Assembly (NCBI GenBank): GCA_964398255.1
Contig: CAYNLZ010000001.1
Coordinates: 1 to 43,800, forward strand
Reading direction: 5' to 3'
Length of the DNA: 43,800 nucleotides
Origin: an uncultured Dehalococcoidaceae bacterium
Lineage (GTDB): Bacteria > Chloroflexota > Dehalococcoidia > Dehalococcoidales > CSSed11-197
Shown: piece by piece, positions 8,529 through 17,424 of the stretch
Position numbering within the stretch: the first letter of the stretch is position 1
How the letters are laid out: the number at the start of each line of letters is the position of its first letter
The notes under the pieces: model-generated
Database searches by the model: none
Told to the model about the DNA's origin: nothing
The model's input: the letters and a program-made list of their open reading frames with translations, nothing else
Position numbers and translations under genes: made by a program

Positions 8529-8795
8529 CTAACATCTTAAAATATATTTCTCCCGTATACCAGTGCATTTAATGCTTTTATCCAGGCCCTTATCAAGCCG
8601 CAGGCGGTAATCTGCCAGCCCGGTGCTGTTAGCGAGAATATAGGATCTTGCCCGCATGATACCTTTGGCGTTTTGGTATAAGTATTCTAGGAGCAGTATG
8701 TCCACAATATTATCCTCAATCCAGGGGCTTGCTAAAATGTTACGGAAACCCGTTTGGACTGGACCCTTACGCTGGATTGGTTTTACCTTCAGCAA
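8529..8795 (-). CDS. doubtful small ORF, or gene remnant, in the tat-folP spacer
   Basis: 88-codon ORF with coding-like GC. The TTG start has no SD. An internal GTG (residue 31, 8705) has GAGGA 7 nt upstream. Weak resemblance to the DUF86/HepT R-x4-H region (FRNILASPW), but His and Tyr are not conserved. Confidence 0.2.
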   Translation of the reverse strand: MLKVKPIQRKGPVQTGFRNILASPWIEDNIVDILLLEYLYQNAKGIMRARSYILANSTGLADYRLRLDKGLDKSIKCTGIREKYILRC

Positions 8796-8805
8796 CGGTT
8801 ATAAT
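8777..8805 (+). promoter_or_regulatory. putative promoter giving a near-leaderless folP mRNA
   Basis: TTGGTT (8777-8782), 17-nt spacer, TATAAT (8800-8805). The ATG at 8816 is 10 nt after the -10 and has no SD. Confidence 0.35.
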
Positions 8806-8815
8806 AATTCTTGAT

Positions 8816-9676
8816 ATGGGCGAGCAAAGGCAACAAAGGACATTTGGTAATGCAGATCCTATCCCCATGATGCGTGTCGGCGGGGTTGATTTTCATTGGG
8901 GGAGGCGTACTTACATTATGGGTATCATAAACGTCAGCCCAGATTCATTTTCAGGCGATAGCGTCAAAGAGATAGAGGAAGCCGTAGCGCAAGCCAGGCA
9001 GTTTGTGGCAGAGGGTGCTGATATTTTGGATATCGGGGGTGAATCTACTCGTCCAGGTTCAAAGCCAGTCAGTGTAGTAGAAGAAATACAGCGGGTAGTT
9101 TTGGTTATTCGTGCAATTAACGCCGAGATTGATATCCCTTTAAGTGTGGATACTTATAAGCCGGAAGTCGCAAGCTGTGCGCTTGAAGCCGGCGTAGATA
9201 TGATTAATGATGTCTGGGGCTTGAAGGAGGGGGACGAGCTGGCGCGTATAGCAGCGGAAAAAGGAGTACCTATCATCCTTGTGTCTAACCAGAGGGAACA
9301 GCCCGCTTCAGATATAATTCCAGCGGTTATAAATGACTTGGAATTAGCTGTATCAAAGGCATTATCGGTTGGTGTTGACCCTGATAAAATTATGCTTGAC
9401 CCTGGAATTGGTTTTGGTAAAACCGTGGAGCAAAACCTTGAACTGATATATAGACTGGGGGAAATCAGGACTCTCGGCAGGCCTGTATTGTTGGGAACGT
9501 CGCGTAAATCTTTTATAGGCGGAGTTTTAAATACTACTGAAAACGATCGGCTGGAAGGCACCGCCGCCACAATAGCCATTGGGATAGCTAATGGTTCTGA
9601 TATCGTCAGAGTGCATGACGTAAAGGCGATGGCCAGGGTCGCGCGGATGAGCGATGCTATTGTAAGGAGGGTATAA
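8816..9676 (+). CDS. folP: dihydropteroate synthase
   Basis: MGIINVSPDSFSGD, DIGGESTRPG and GFGK motifs. Start uncertain: ATG 8816, or ATG 8866 (MMRVGG), neither with an SD. The ORF is open from 8729. Confidence 0.85.
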   Translation: MGEQRQQRTFGNADPIPMMRVGGVDFHWGRRTYIMGIINVSPDSFSGDSVKEIEEAVAQARQFVAEGADILDIGGESTRPGSKPVSVVEEIQRVVLVIRAINAEIDIPLSVDTYKPEVASCALEAGVDMINDVWGLKEGDELARIAAEKGVPIILVSNQREQPASDIIPAVINDLELAVSKALSVGVDPDKIMLDPGIGFGKTVEQNLELIYRLGEIRTLGRPVLLGTSRKSFIGGVLNTTENDRLEGTAATIAIGIANGSDIVRVHDVKAMARVARMSDAIVRRV

Positions 9677-10179
9677 TGTCAGACAGCCTTGTTTCCGTTT
9701 ACCTCGGATTGGGTTCTAACGTTGGAAATCGTGAAGAAAATTTGAAAATAGCCCTCGGTTATATTGAACAAAGGATGCGCGTTTTTGCAAAGTCTTCCAT
9801 TTATGAAACCGATCCGGTTGGCAACACTAATCAGCCCAAGTTTTTGAATATGGTGTGCGAAGTAAAAACCACACTTCCTCCAGCGTCACTTCTTATTCTG
9901 GCAAAAGGGATAGAGCGAAAGCTCGGGAGACCGGCGAATTCCCCCAAGGATTCTCCCCGTACGATGGATATCGACATACTTTTTTATGGCGACCAGGTAT
10001 TGAATGACCCTGATTTAATTATTCCACACCCACGTCTTTCAAAACGTGCTTTTGTTTTGACGCCTATGAACGAAATTGCCTCTGATTTTATTGACCCTGT
10101 GACAGGACAAACTATCTCTGTCCTTCTTGAAAGAGTTCAAGCTGCGAAACAGGGAATATTAAAGCTGAAGGGGTGTTAA
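9676..10179 (+). CDS. folK: 2-amino-4-hydroxy-6-hydroxymethyldihydropteridine diphosphokinase (HPPK)
   Basis: VYLGLGSNVGNREENL...SSIYETDPVG...QPKFLNMV...RTMDIDILFYGD. The start overlaps the folP stop (TAATG). Confidence 0.9.
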   Translation: MSDSLVSVYLGLGSNVGNREENLKIALGYIEQRMRVFAKSSIYETDPVGNTNQPKFLNMVCEVKTTLPPASLLILAKGIERKLGRPANSPKDSPRTMDIDILFYGDQVLNDPDLIIPHPRLSKRAFVLTPMNEIASDFIDPVTGQTISVLLERVQAAKQGILKLKGC

Positions 10180-10557
10180 ATGTATTTGGTTAATGTAGAA
10201 AGACATTTCGATGCTGCGCATTATCTCAGGGGTTATCAGGGTAAGTGTGAGAATTTGCATGGCCATCGCTATAAAGTGGCTGTTCGGTTGAAGGCTGTCA
10301 ACAATTACAATGTCGGCATGGCTTACGACTTTACCGTGCTTAAAAAAGAACTTGACGTTGTTTTGTCGAGGTTTGATCACCGTTGTTTAAATGAATTAAA
10401 GCCTTTTGATGAGATTAACCCTTCTGCAGAAAATATTGCCCGCATTGTGTACTATGAATTAGAAAAAAGGTTAGGAGAACTGCCTGAAGGCATCGCCCTG
10501 GATGCAGTTACTGTTTGGGAATCGCCCGAGAGCTGGGTTGAATTTCAGCCTGATTAG
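10180..10557 (+). CDS. queD: 6-carboxytetrahydropterin synthase / 6-pyruvoyl-tetrahydropterin synthase family (COG0720)
   Basis: 125 aa. Zn/catalytic motifs AAH, CENLHGH and FDHRCLNE. Starts immediately after the folK stop. Confidence 0.85.
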   Translation: MYLVNVERHFDAAHYLRGYQGKCENLHGHRYKVAVRLKAVNNYNVGMAYDFTVLKKELDVVLSRFDHRCLNELKPFDEINPSAENIARIVYYELEKRLGELPEGIALDAVTVWESPESWVEFQPD

Positions 10558-11729
10558 GTTGTATGTCCAGGCCGTGCTTCCAGCCATTTTTGCTTTTGTT
10601 GCTGGCGTATTTCTTCATTTATAGTGCGATAACTGGCCAGGAAATTATCTTTGTACTGACTGAAGTTGCCATTTGTTATTGCTAGTCTGATCTCTTCCAT
10701 CAATTTTTGAAGGAAATGAATGTTGTGAATACTGGCGAGCCTCAATCCAAGTAGTTCCTTGCTTCTGAAAAGATGGGATAAATAAGCAGTAGAAAAATTC
10801 TTGCACGTATAGCAGGTGCACCCCTTTTCTATAGGACAACCATGGGTTTTATACATGGAATTAAAAATATTGATGCGCCCGTTCGCAGTGTAGAGCCCAC
10901 CATTTCGCGCTACACGTGTTGGTAGTACACAGTCAAAAATATCAATGCCACGTGATACGGCTTCCAGTATATCTTCTGGCGAGCCCACCCCCATCAAATA
11001 ACGTGGTTTAAGGTGGGGTATCAAGGGCACTGTCACATCAACCATCTTCCAGGTAGTTTCCTTGGCTTCGCCAAGGCTTAATCCGCCGATAGCGTAACCA
11101 TCAAAGTTCAGTGATGCCAGCCCGGATGCAGATTGTATCCTGAGCTGTGGGTTGACTGCTCCCTGGATGATGGAAAATAACTGTTGTGTTTTGCAGGTCT
11201 TGGCATTCAGGCATCTCTCTGCCCAGAGAGACGTGCGCTTGACCGCTTCAGTAACTCTGGTGGTGCTGGCGTCATGTGAGGGTACATCATCGAGCACCAT
11301 CATGATATCTGAACCGATTGATTGCTGATAAGATATCACGTCCTCAGGTGTAATGAAGTGCTCGGAGCCATCTATATGGCTTTTAAAAATAACGCCCTCG
11401 TCGGATATTTTTATCAGATTGGAAAGGCTGAATATCTGGAATCCGCCGGAATCGGTTAAAATCGGCTTGTCCCAACCCATGAAACGGTGAAGCCCTCCCA
11501 TGCTTTCTATCAGATCAATTCCTGGTCTGAGATACAAATGGTAAGTATTACTCAATATCATTGCAGAGCCAGTTGCTGCTATTTCATCGGGAGTGAGGGT
11601 TTTTACAGTGGCTTGACTGCCCACCGGGCAGAAAACGGGGGTGTTCACATCGCCGTGTGCAGTTTTGAGAACCCCGGTTCTTGCCTGTGACAAGAGATCC
11701 TGGTTATTGATTGAGAACCCTGTTTTCAT
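10554..11729 (-). CDS. tgt: tRNA-guanine (queuine) transglycosylase
   Basis: 391 aa. LTDSGGFQ, YAIGGLSLGE and Zn site CTCYTCKNFSTAYLSHL. The 3' end overlaps queD by 4 nt. Confidence 0.92.
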   Translation of the reverse strand: MKTGFSINNQDLLSQARTGVLKTAHGDVNTPVFCPVGSQATVKTLTPDEIAATGSAMILSNTYHLYLRPGIDLIESMGGLHRFMGWDKPILTDSGGFQIFSLSNLIKISDEGVIFKSHIDGSEHFITPEDVISYQQSIGSDIMMVLDDVPSHDASTTRVTEAVKRTSLWAERCLNAKTCKTQQLFSIIQGAVNPQLRIQSASGLASLNFDGYAIGGLSLGEAKETTWKMVDVTVPLIPHLKPRYLMGVGSPEDILEAVSRGIDIFDCVLPTRVARNGGLYTANGRINIFNSMYKTHGCPIEKGCTCYTCKNFSTAYLSHLFRSKELLGLRLASIHNIHFLQKLMEEIRLAITNGNFSQYKDNFLASYRTINEEIRQQQKQKWLEARPGHTT

Positions 11730-12577
11730 AGCAATAACAGGTCAAGAACCATTAGTAAGAATATCAAGCCAAGATAAGGAAAGCTGGAGATTTTGTACAC
11801 ACGCCAGGCATCGGCAGAGTCGGAGGTTTTAAGTAACCTGAAACTTGATAGTAACAGTGTAGTGCCGAGGATGATGGCTCCGGAGAAATACAGCCAGCCA
11901 AAATCACCTAAGAAATAGAGCGCAATTGAGGTTAAGAATAATAATATTCCGAAAAAAACCATCAAACTTATCCCTGTCTGAAGGGAGATGCTCATCGGGA
12001 AAAAGGTGAGACCTGCTTTGATATATTCATCACGCCGGGCTATCATTACTCCCCACACGTGAGATGGCAACCACACAATTATCATCAGGCAGATCAAGGC
12101 TATTTGCCAGTTGAAAGTTGGCGTAATTGCGAACCATCCCATCAGAATTGGAGCACATGAGGCGATAGCTCCCTGCGGAAAGACGCAAGTTACTCGTTTG
12201 CGGAAAGTCACTGCTACGATGGTGCCAATTAAATCTGCCAAAAATACGTAAGGGTGTATAATCCAGGCGAGCGCCAATCCTGCAGCAGCCAGGATAAACA
12301 ACATCGGCAGAACTTTCTTTGCCGGATCAATCCTTTTGGCGGCAAGCGCACGGTTTTGCGTACGAGGCATTAGGCTGTCGATATGCCGATCCAGATAGTT
12401 GGTAAACCCATTGGCGGCTGCGCTTGCGATGAGGATTGTAACTGTAGCCAATAATAATCTGTCCCATGGAGGCACTCCACGAGCTGCGACAAAAGCAGTC
12501 GCTGCTCCGATAAAAGCCAGCAAGCTGGTTTCACGGGGTTTTAATACATTTACGTAATTATTTATGGTTGTAAACAA
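11726..12577 (-). CDS. UbiA-family prenyltransferase, heme O synthase (CtaB/CyoE)-like
   Basis: 283 aa, about 8 TM segments. LKPRETS N-terminus, NYLDRHIDSLMPRTQNR and DEYIKAGLTFFPM motifs. TTG start. ATGA overlap with tgt. Confidence 0.7.
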   Translation of the reverse strand: MFTTINNYVNVLKPRETSLLAFIGAATAFVAARGVPPWDRLLLATVTILIASAAANGFTNYLDRHIDSLMPRTQNRALAAKRIDPAKKVLPMLFILAAAGLALAWIIHPYVFLADLIGTIVAVTFRKRVTCVFPQGAIASCAPILMGWFAITPTFNWQIALICLMIIVWLPSHVWGVMIARRDEYIKAGLTFFPMSISLQTGISLMVFFGILLFLTSIALYFLGDFGWLYFSGAIILGTTLLLSSFRLLKTSDSADAWRVYKISSFPYLGLIFLLMVLDLLLL

Positions 12578-12740
12578 ATCTTACCTGGTCTCTTGTTGCG
12601 CTAATGCCCTACAATTTGAACTGTGCATCAGACAATGTTGCTCCGAACAGTTTAACATTTAATTAGGTACTGGACATAATTTTGGGGTGAAGCCCTTGAA
12701 TACTGGCAACTCCTAACTCTTTGAAACAGTATTAAGTAAT

Positions 12741-13211
12741 TTAAGTGTCCTTTTCAAAAGGCTCAGTCTCTGCTGTAGTTCTCACATTGCATGATAACAA
12801 GTATTCATTCAGAATTAAAGCTGCAGCTATAGCATCATCTCGAACACCTGTCGGCTTCGTCTTTGTTTTTTTCCCTGCAAGTATTTCTTTAGCACGGCTG
12901 GTTGAGTACCTTTCATCTTGGGCTACAATTTTTATCTTCAACCTGTCCGCGATTTTATTGATAATTTCTTGCACCTTTTCGGCTTGTTGCCCTATGGTTC
13001 CGTCCAGAGACCGCGGAAATCCTGCTACCAGTAGACCAGCCTGATACTCTCTGACGATATTTTCGACAGCAGTGAGTATGTCGTCTACGGTTTCGCAGCG
13101 AATTGTTGTTACGGGGGTTGCAATGAGCCTCAAAGGGTCACTAACTGCAACACCGAGCCACTTATCTCCAATGTCAATGGCTACAATCCGGCCAGACTCG
13201 GACTTTGCCAA
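12741..13211 (-). CDS. ruvX: Holliday junction resolvase-like nuclease RuvX/YqgF
   Basis: IVAIDIGDKWLGVAVSD...DERYST pattern. TTG start with AAGGAGAG 7 nt upstream. Confidence 0.88.
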   Translation of the reverse strand: MAKSESGRIVAIDIGDKWLGVAVSDPLRLIATPVTTIRCETVDDILTAVENIVREYQAGLLVAGFPRSLDGTIGQQAEKVQEIINKIADRLKIKIVAQDERYSTSRAKEILAGKKTKTKPTGVRDDAIAAALILNEYLLSCNVRTTAETEPFEKDT

Positions 13212-13213
13212 TA

Positions 13214-15829
13214 TTATCTCTCCTTGATGAAGTTTCTGGCCGCGTCCAGTGCTTTTTGAATACTGCTCATATCTTTTCCTCCGCCGGTAGCCATGCCAGG
13301 CTTACCACCTCCTCCGCCACCGGTGACCCGGGTGACTTCTCTGATAATATTTACTGCGTTATAGCCTTTTTTAGTTAAATCGCTGGTGATACCAACAACA
13401 AATATTGGCTTGTCTCCTGCGCTGGAGGCCAGAATTACAATTCCGCTACCCATTTTACTTTTAATATGGTCAGCAGCCTCACGCAGTAATTCAATACTTA
13501 TTTCATCCAGATGGGCAGAAACCAAACGCAAAGTTCCCAGACTTTCTGCTTGCCCCAGCAATTTTTCTGCATCCATCAGAACAGACTGACGCATCAGTCT
13601 CTCTGCTTTTTTCTCAGATTCTACTTTCTCTTCTATTAATACTGAAAGCTTAGCCATTAGAGCATCAGAAGAAGCTTCCAGCATACCAGAAGCTTTTTCG
13701 ATTAATCTGGAATTGGAACGAAACAGCTTTTCTGCAGCTCGCCCGGTTACTGCTTCTATCCTTCGTAAGCCTGCTCCGATTGACGACTCGCTTGTTATGT
13801 GGAACAAGCCAATCTCCCCGGTTGCTGATACATGGGTACCTCCGCAAAGTTCCGTTGAAAATGGTGGGTCCCCGATTGCTAGTACCCTCACTTTTTCCCC
13901 ATATTTCTCATTAAAAATCGCAAGAGCTCCACTTTGTATTGCTTCTTTTAGCGGCATCTCCTTTGAGCTTACAGGAAGGTTTGAGCGTATTGCCTGGTTT
14001 ACGAGCACCTCGACTTGTTCCAGTTCCTCAACGGACAGAGGTTTGAGGTGGCTGAAATCAAAACGAAGCCGATCAGGACTTACAAGGGAGCCTTTTTGTT
14101 CAGCATGAGAACCAATAACGTTTCGAAGGCTTATATGAAGCAAATGAGTTGCGGTATGGTTTCGGGCGATATCTGCACGTCGGCATTCATCAACATGGGT
14201 ATTTACAATATCACCGATGTGGAAAATGCCGCTGGATACTATTCCATGATGGATAATACTCCCGCCGGGCCCGCAGGTAGTATCGGTGACGTTAAATTGA
14301 GAACCCTCAGCAAGAATAATCCCTGAGTCTCCAATCTGCCCACCTTTTTCTGCATAAAAAGGAGTGTCTTCAAGTACAAGACTGGCTTCTTGCCCGTGGG
14401 TGATGGAGTCTGTTAATTTGCCATCTGCAATAATGTAGGTGATTACTGTTTGTTGGCTTAATTTGCCATAACCTGTAAAGCACGTTGAGCCAAGATCAAA
14501 TTTTTCTTCATGGACAGTCCTTCCTGCGGTAAAATGATGGTTGGCTTTGGCTCTTTCCCGCTGCGCCGACATCTCGTGGTCAAAGCCTGCCATGTCTATC
14601 TCAAGGTTTTGACGTTCCGCAACCTCGCGGGTTAGCTCAACGGGAAAACCATAAGTGTCATACAGTTTAAAAATGTCCTTCCCTTTTATTATTCTGTCTT
14701 TCGAAAGGGCGTTTGACATTATCTTGTCAAGAAGTTCCAGGCCGGCAGAGAGCGTTTCGCCGAAGCGGGCTTCTTCTGCGCTGATGACTTCAAGTATAAG
14801 TTGTTGCTTTTCGATAAGTTCTGGGTATGTGGGACCCATTTGTTTTATAGTGGCATTCGCCATGTGGGAAAGGAATGGTTTATCCAGGCCGAGGCGCCGC
14901 CCGTATAAGGCTGCCCTGCGTATGAGTCTGCGTAGTACATATCCACGACCTTCACTGGCAGGCATAACACCGTCGGCAATCAGGAAGCTGATTCCTCTTC
15001 CGTGCTCAGCTACCACTCTTGTAGCAATATCCGTCTCTTCATTTTGACCGTAGGACGTCCCAGCAAGGTCTGACACCTTCGCGACCAACGGTTTTAACAG
15101 GTCGGTTTCAAAAATGGTATTTTTGCCTTGCACAACAGCCGTGATACGCTCAAGGCCCATTCCAGTATCAATGCTGGGCTTTTCCAGTAGTTCCCGGTTT
15201 CCTTCCCTGTCCTGGTTATATTGGATAAAAACCAGGTTCCAGATTTCTACAAAACGTGAACAGTCACAACCGGGGTTACATCCAGGTTCTTGGCAGCCGT
15301 GACTGGCGCCATAGTCATAATGTATTTCACTGCAAGGGCCGCAAGGGCCAGAATCACCCGGTGGACCCCAGAAATTGTCCTTCTCTCCAAGGCGTATGAT
15401 GCGGTCAGCAGGAATATTTTTTAATCGCCACAGCTCAAATGCTTCATCATCATCATCAAAAATAGTAATCCAGAGCTTTTCTTGTGGTAATCTGATTACT
15501 TCAGTAACGAATTCCCACGCGTAATCGATAGCTTTAGCTTTGAAATAATCACCAACACTAAAGTTGCCAAGCATTTCGAAAAAAGTGCAGTGACTGGTAT
15601 CGCCTACCGATTCAATATCGGTAGTACGGAAGCACTTCTGACATGAGGTCATGCGAGGTGATGGCGAGGCTTCTTCACCCAGGAAGTATGGTTTAAACTG
15701 AACCATACCAGCGGTAGTTAACAAGAGTGTCGGGTCGCCTTGGGGGATTAGAGAGGCGCTGGGTATAACCATGTGTTTTTTATCTTTAAAAAACGTTAAA
15801 AATGATTTTCTAAGTTCTTCTCCAGTCAA
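13214..15829 (-). CDS. alaS: alanine--tRNA ligase
   Basis: 871 aa. Class II core, editing-domain HTATHLLH, C-terminal GGGGGKPGMATGGG. TTG start with AGGAGAA SD. Confidence 0.95.
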   Translation of the reverse strand: MTGEELRKSFLTFFKDKKHMVIPSASLIPQGDPTLLLTTAGMVQFKPYFLGEEASPSPRMTSCQKCFRTTDIESVGDTSHCTFFEMLGNFSVGDYFKAKAIDYAWEFVTEVIRLPQEKLWITIFDDDDEAFELWRLKNIPADRIIRLGEKDNFWGPPGDSGPCGPCSEIHYDYGASHGCQEPGCNPGCDCSRFVEIWNLVFIQYNQDREGNRELLEKPSIDTGMGLERITAVVQGKNTIFETDLLKPLVAKVSDLAGTSYGQNEETDIATRVVAEHGRGISFLIADGVMPASEGRGYVLRRLIRRAALYGRRLGLDKPFLSHMANATIKQMGPTYPELIEKQQLILEVISAEEARFGETLSAGLELLDKIMSNALSKDRIIKGKDIFKLYDTYGFPVELTREVAERQNLEIDMAGFDHEMSAQRERAKANHHFTAGRTVHEEKFDLGSTCFTGYGKLSQQTVITYIIADGKLTDSITHGQEASLVLEDTPFYAEKGGQIGDSGIILAEGSQFNVTDTTCGPGGSIIHHGIVSSGIFHIGDIVNTHVDECRRADIARNHTATHLLHISLRNVIGSHAEQKGSLVSPDRLRFDFSHLKPLSVEELEQVEVLVNQAIRSNLPVSSKEMPLKEAIQSGALAIFNEKYGEKVRVLAIGDPPFSTELCGGTHVSATGEIGLFHITSESSIGAGLRRIEAVTGRAAEKLFRSNSRLIEKASGMLEASSDALMAKLSVLIEEKVESEKKAERLMRQSVLMDAEKLLGQAESLGTLRLVSAHLDEISIELLREAADHIKSKMGSGIVILASSAGDKPIFVVGITSDLTKKGYNAVNIIREVTRVTGGGGGGKPGMATGGGKDMSSIQKALDAARNFIKER

Positions 15830-15868
15830 TTGATTCTCCTAATATGTGAAAAATGAAGGTATACAGAG

Positions 15869-15898
15869 ATTATAACCGTAGTATTTGCCGGCAAGCAA
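15869..15898 (-). promoter_or_regulatory. putative alaS promoter
   Basis: Minus strand TTGCTT (15898-15893), 18-nt spacer, TATAAT (15874-15869). Confidence 0.4.
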
Positions 15899-15964
15899 GA
15901 AAAGCCCTTGTTCAGGCGATTAGCGGCGCTTGTGATGTCTTCCGGTATAAAAGACTGCCATGTT

Positions 15965-17419
15965 TTACCGCCAACGCCAGAAAGAGGGCATGAATAAGAC
16001 GAGAATTGTGAATAGCTCAAGCCGACCGGCTACCATGAGAAAAATTAGCACAACTTTACCTGCAATCGGGATGAAAGCATAGTTTTCGGCGGCTCCCACC
16101 ATGCTAAAGCCTGGACCGACATTGCTTAGACAGGCGATGGACGACGAAAGAGCTGTAAGGGGTTCCATGCTGATTGAACTCATTACTATAAAACCGGCTC
16201 CGGCAAGCATTACATAAAGTAGTGCCAAGCTAATACTGCGAGATATTATGTTATCAGGCAAGGGGCTTTCGTTAACCTTGATCGGTATAATAGTGTTAGG
16301 CTTGAATATTATTAGTAGCCTTCGGTGAATATATTTAAACAGTATTATAAATCGTACCACCTTAAGGGCGCCGGTGGTTGATCCAGCACAGGCTCCAATC
16401 ACCATCAACGCCAGCAGAATTGCTTTTGAAAAGGTCGGCCAGAGGTCAAAATTGGTTGTTGTAAAACCGGTGGTTGTCATGATTGAAGCGGTTTGGAAAA
16501 TGCCACAACGAAAAGCCTCTTCAAGAGAAAGCCCCATCTGTCCCATCAGATTTAAACTGATGATTATTCCACTAAATAGAAATATGGCCAGGTAAATGCG
16601 GAATTCAGTGTTTCTTAAAAGGTGTTTTGGTTGCCGTTTGAAGAAAAGGAAATAATAAAGGCCAAAATTTACCCCGGCCATTATCGTAAAAACTGTGATG
16701 ATAACTTCAACCCAAACATTGCCGTATGCTGCTATGCTGAGGCCAGTTGGAGCAAAGCCTCCCGTTGGCATAGTGGTTAGAGATATATTCACTGCGTCAA
16801 AGGGCATAAGGCCAGCAACCCTCAGCAATAAATACTCTGCGAGTGTCATACCCAGGTAGATGAACCAGAGTGCTTTAGCGCTGTCGCGGATACGAGCGGT
16901 CAATCTTTCCCCGTGTTGATAGCCGGGCATCTCGGCTTCGATCAGGTGGGCGGAGCCTATGCCGAGAACTGGGAACAAAGCGACGAACAGCATAATGATG
17001 CCCATACCTCCCAGCCATTGAGTGATCGACCGCCAAAGAAGGATACCTTGATATTGTGTTTCTATAGAAGTTAAAACGGTGGCTCCTGTGGTGGTAAAAC
17101 CACTCATTGCTTCAAAATAGGCATCGATATATGATGGCATTGCTCCGGAAATGTAATAGGGGAGCGCGCCAACGGCTGAGGCAACAACCCACGCCCCGGC
17201 TACCAGTAATATGGCTTCACGCGTGGAAAGCTTGTGTCCGCTTGAGAAAGTCAACCGCCTGGTGACTGCTCCGGTTACAATACAAAAGGCGGCTGGTCCG
17301 GCGAAAGACAGGGCGCCCCCGGAACGCGTTATCAGAGAAAATATTAATGGTATCAGCATAGTAGCGCCAACACCAATAATAATCAGACTGAGGTAATAGA
17401 GGACAACCCTAAATTTCAT
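15965..17419 (-). CDS. trkH: TrkH-family potassium uptake transporter
   Basis: 484 aa, polytopic. MSGFTTTGATV and TGGFAPT selectivity-filter-like repeats. Confidence 0.9.
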   Translation of the reverse strand: MKFRVVLYYLSLIIIGVGATMLIPLIFSLITRSGGALSFAGPAAFCIVTGAVTRRLTFSSGHKLSTREAILLVAGAWVVASAVGALPYYISGAMPSYIDAYFEAMSGFTTTGATVLTSIETQYQGILLWRSITQWLGGMGIIMLFVALFPVLGIGSAHLIEAEMPGYQHGERLTARIRDSAKALWFIYLGMTLAEYLLLRVAGLMPFDAVNISLTTMPTGGFAPTGLSIAAYGNVWVEVIITVFTIMAGVNFGLYYFLFFKRQPKHLLRNTEFRIYLAIFLFSGIIISLNLMGQMGLSLEEAFRCGIFQTASIMTTTGFTTTNFDLWPTFSKAILLALMVIGACAGSTTGALKVVRFIILFKYIHRRLLIIFKPNTIIPIKVNESPLPDNIISRSISLALLYVMLAGAGFIVMSSISMEPLTALSSSIACLSNVGPGFSMVGAAENYAFIPIAGKVVLIFLMVAGRLELFTILVLFMPSFWRWR

Positions 17420-17424
17420 AACGC

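Noticed and set aside
15826-16020. A 64-aa ORF spanning the alaS-trkH spacer.
   Set aside because: It overlaps the trkH 3' end and the predicted alaS promoter. It has no SD and an unremarkable sequence.
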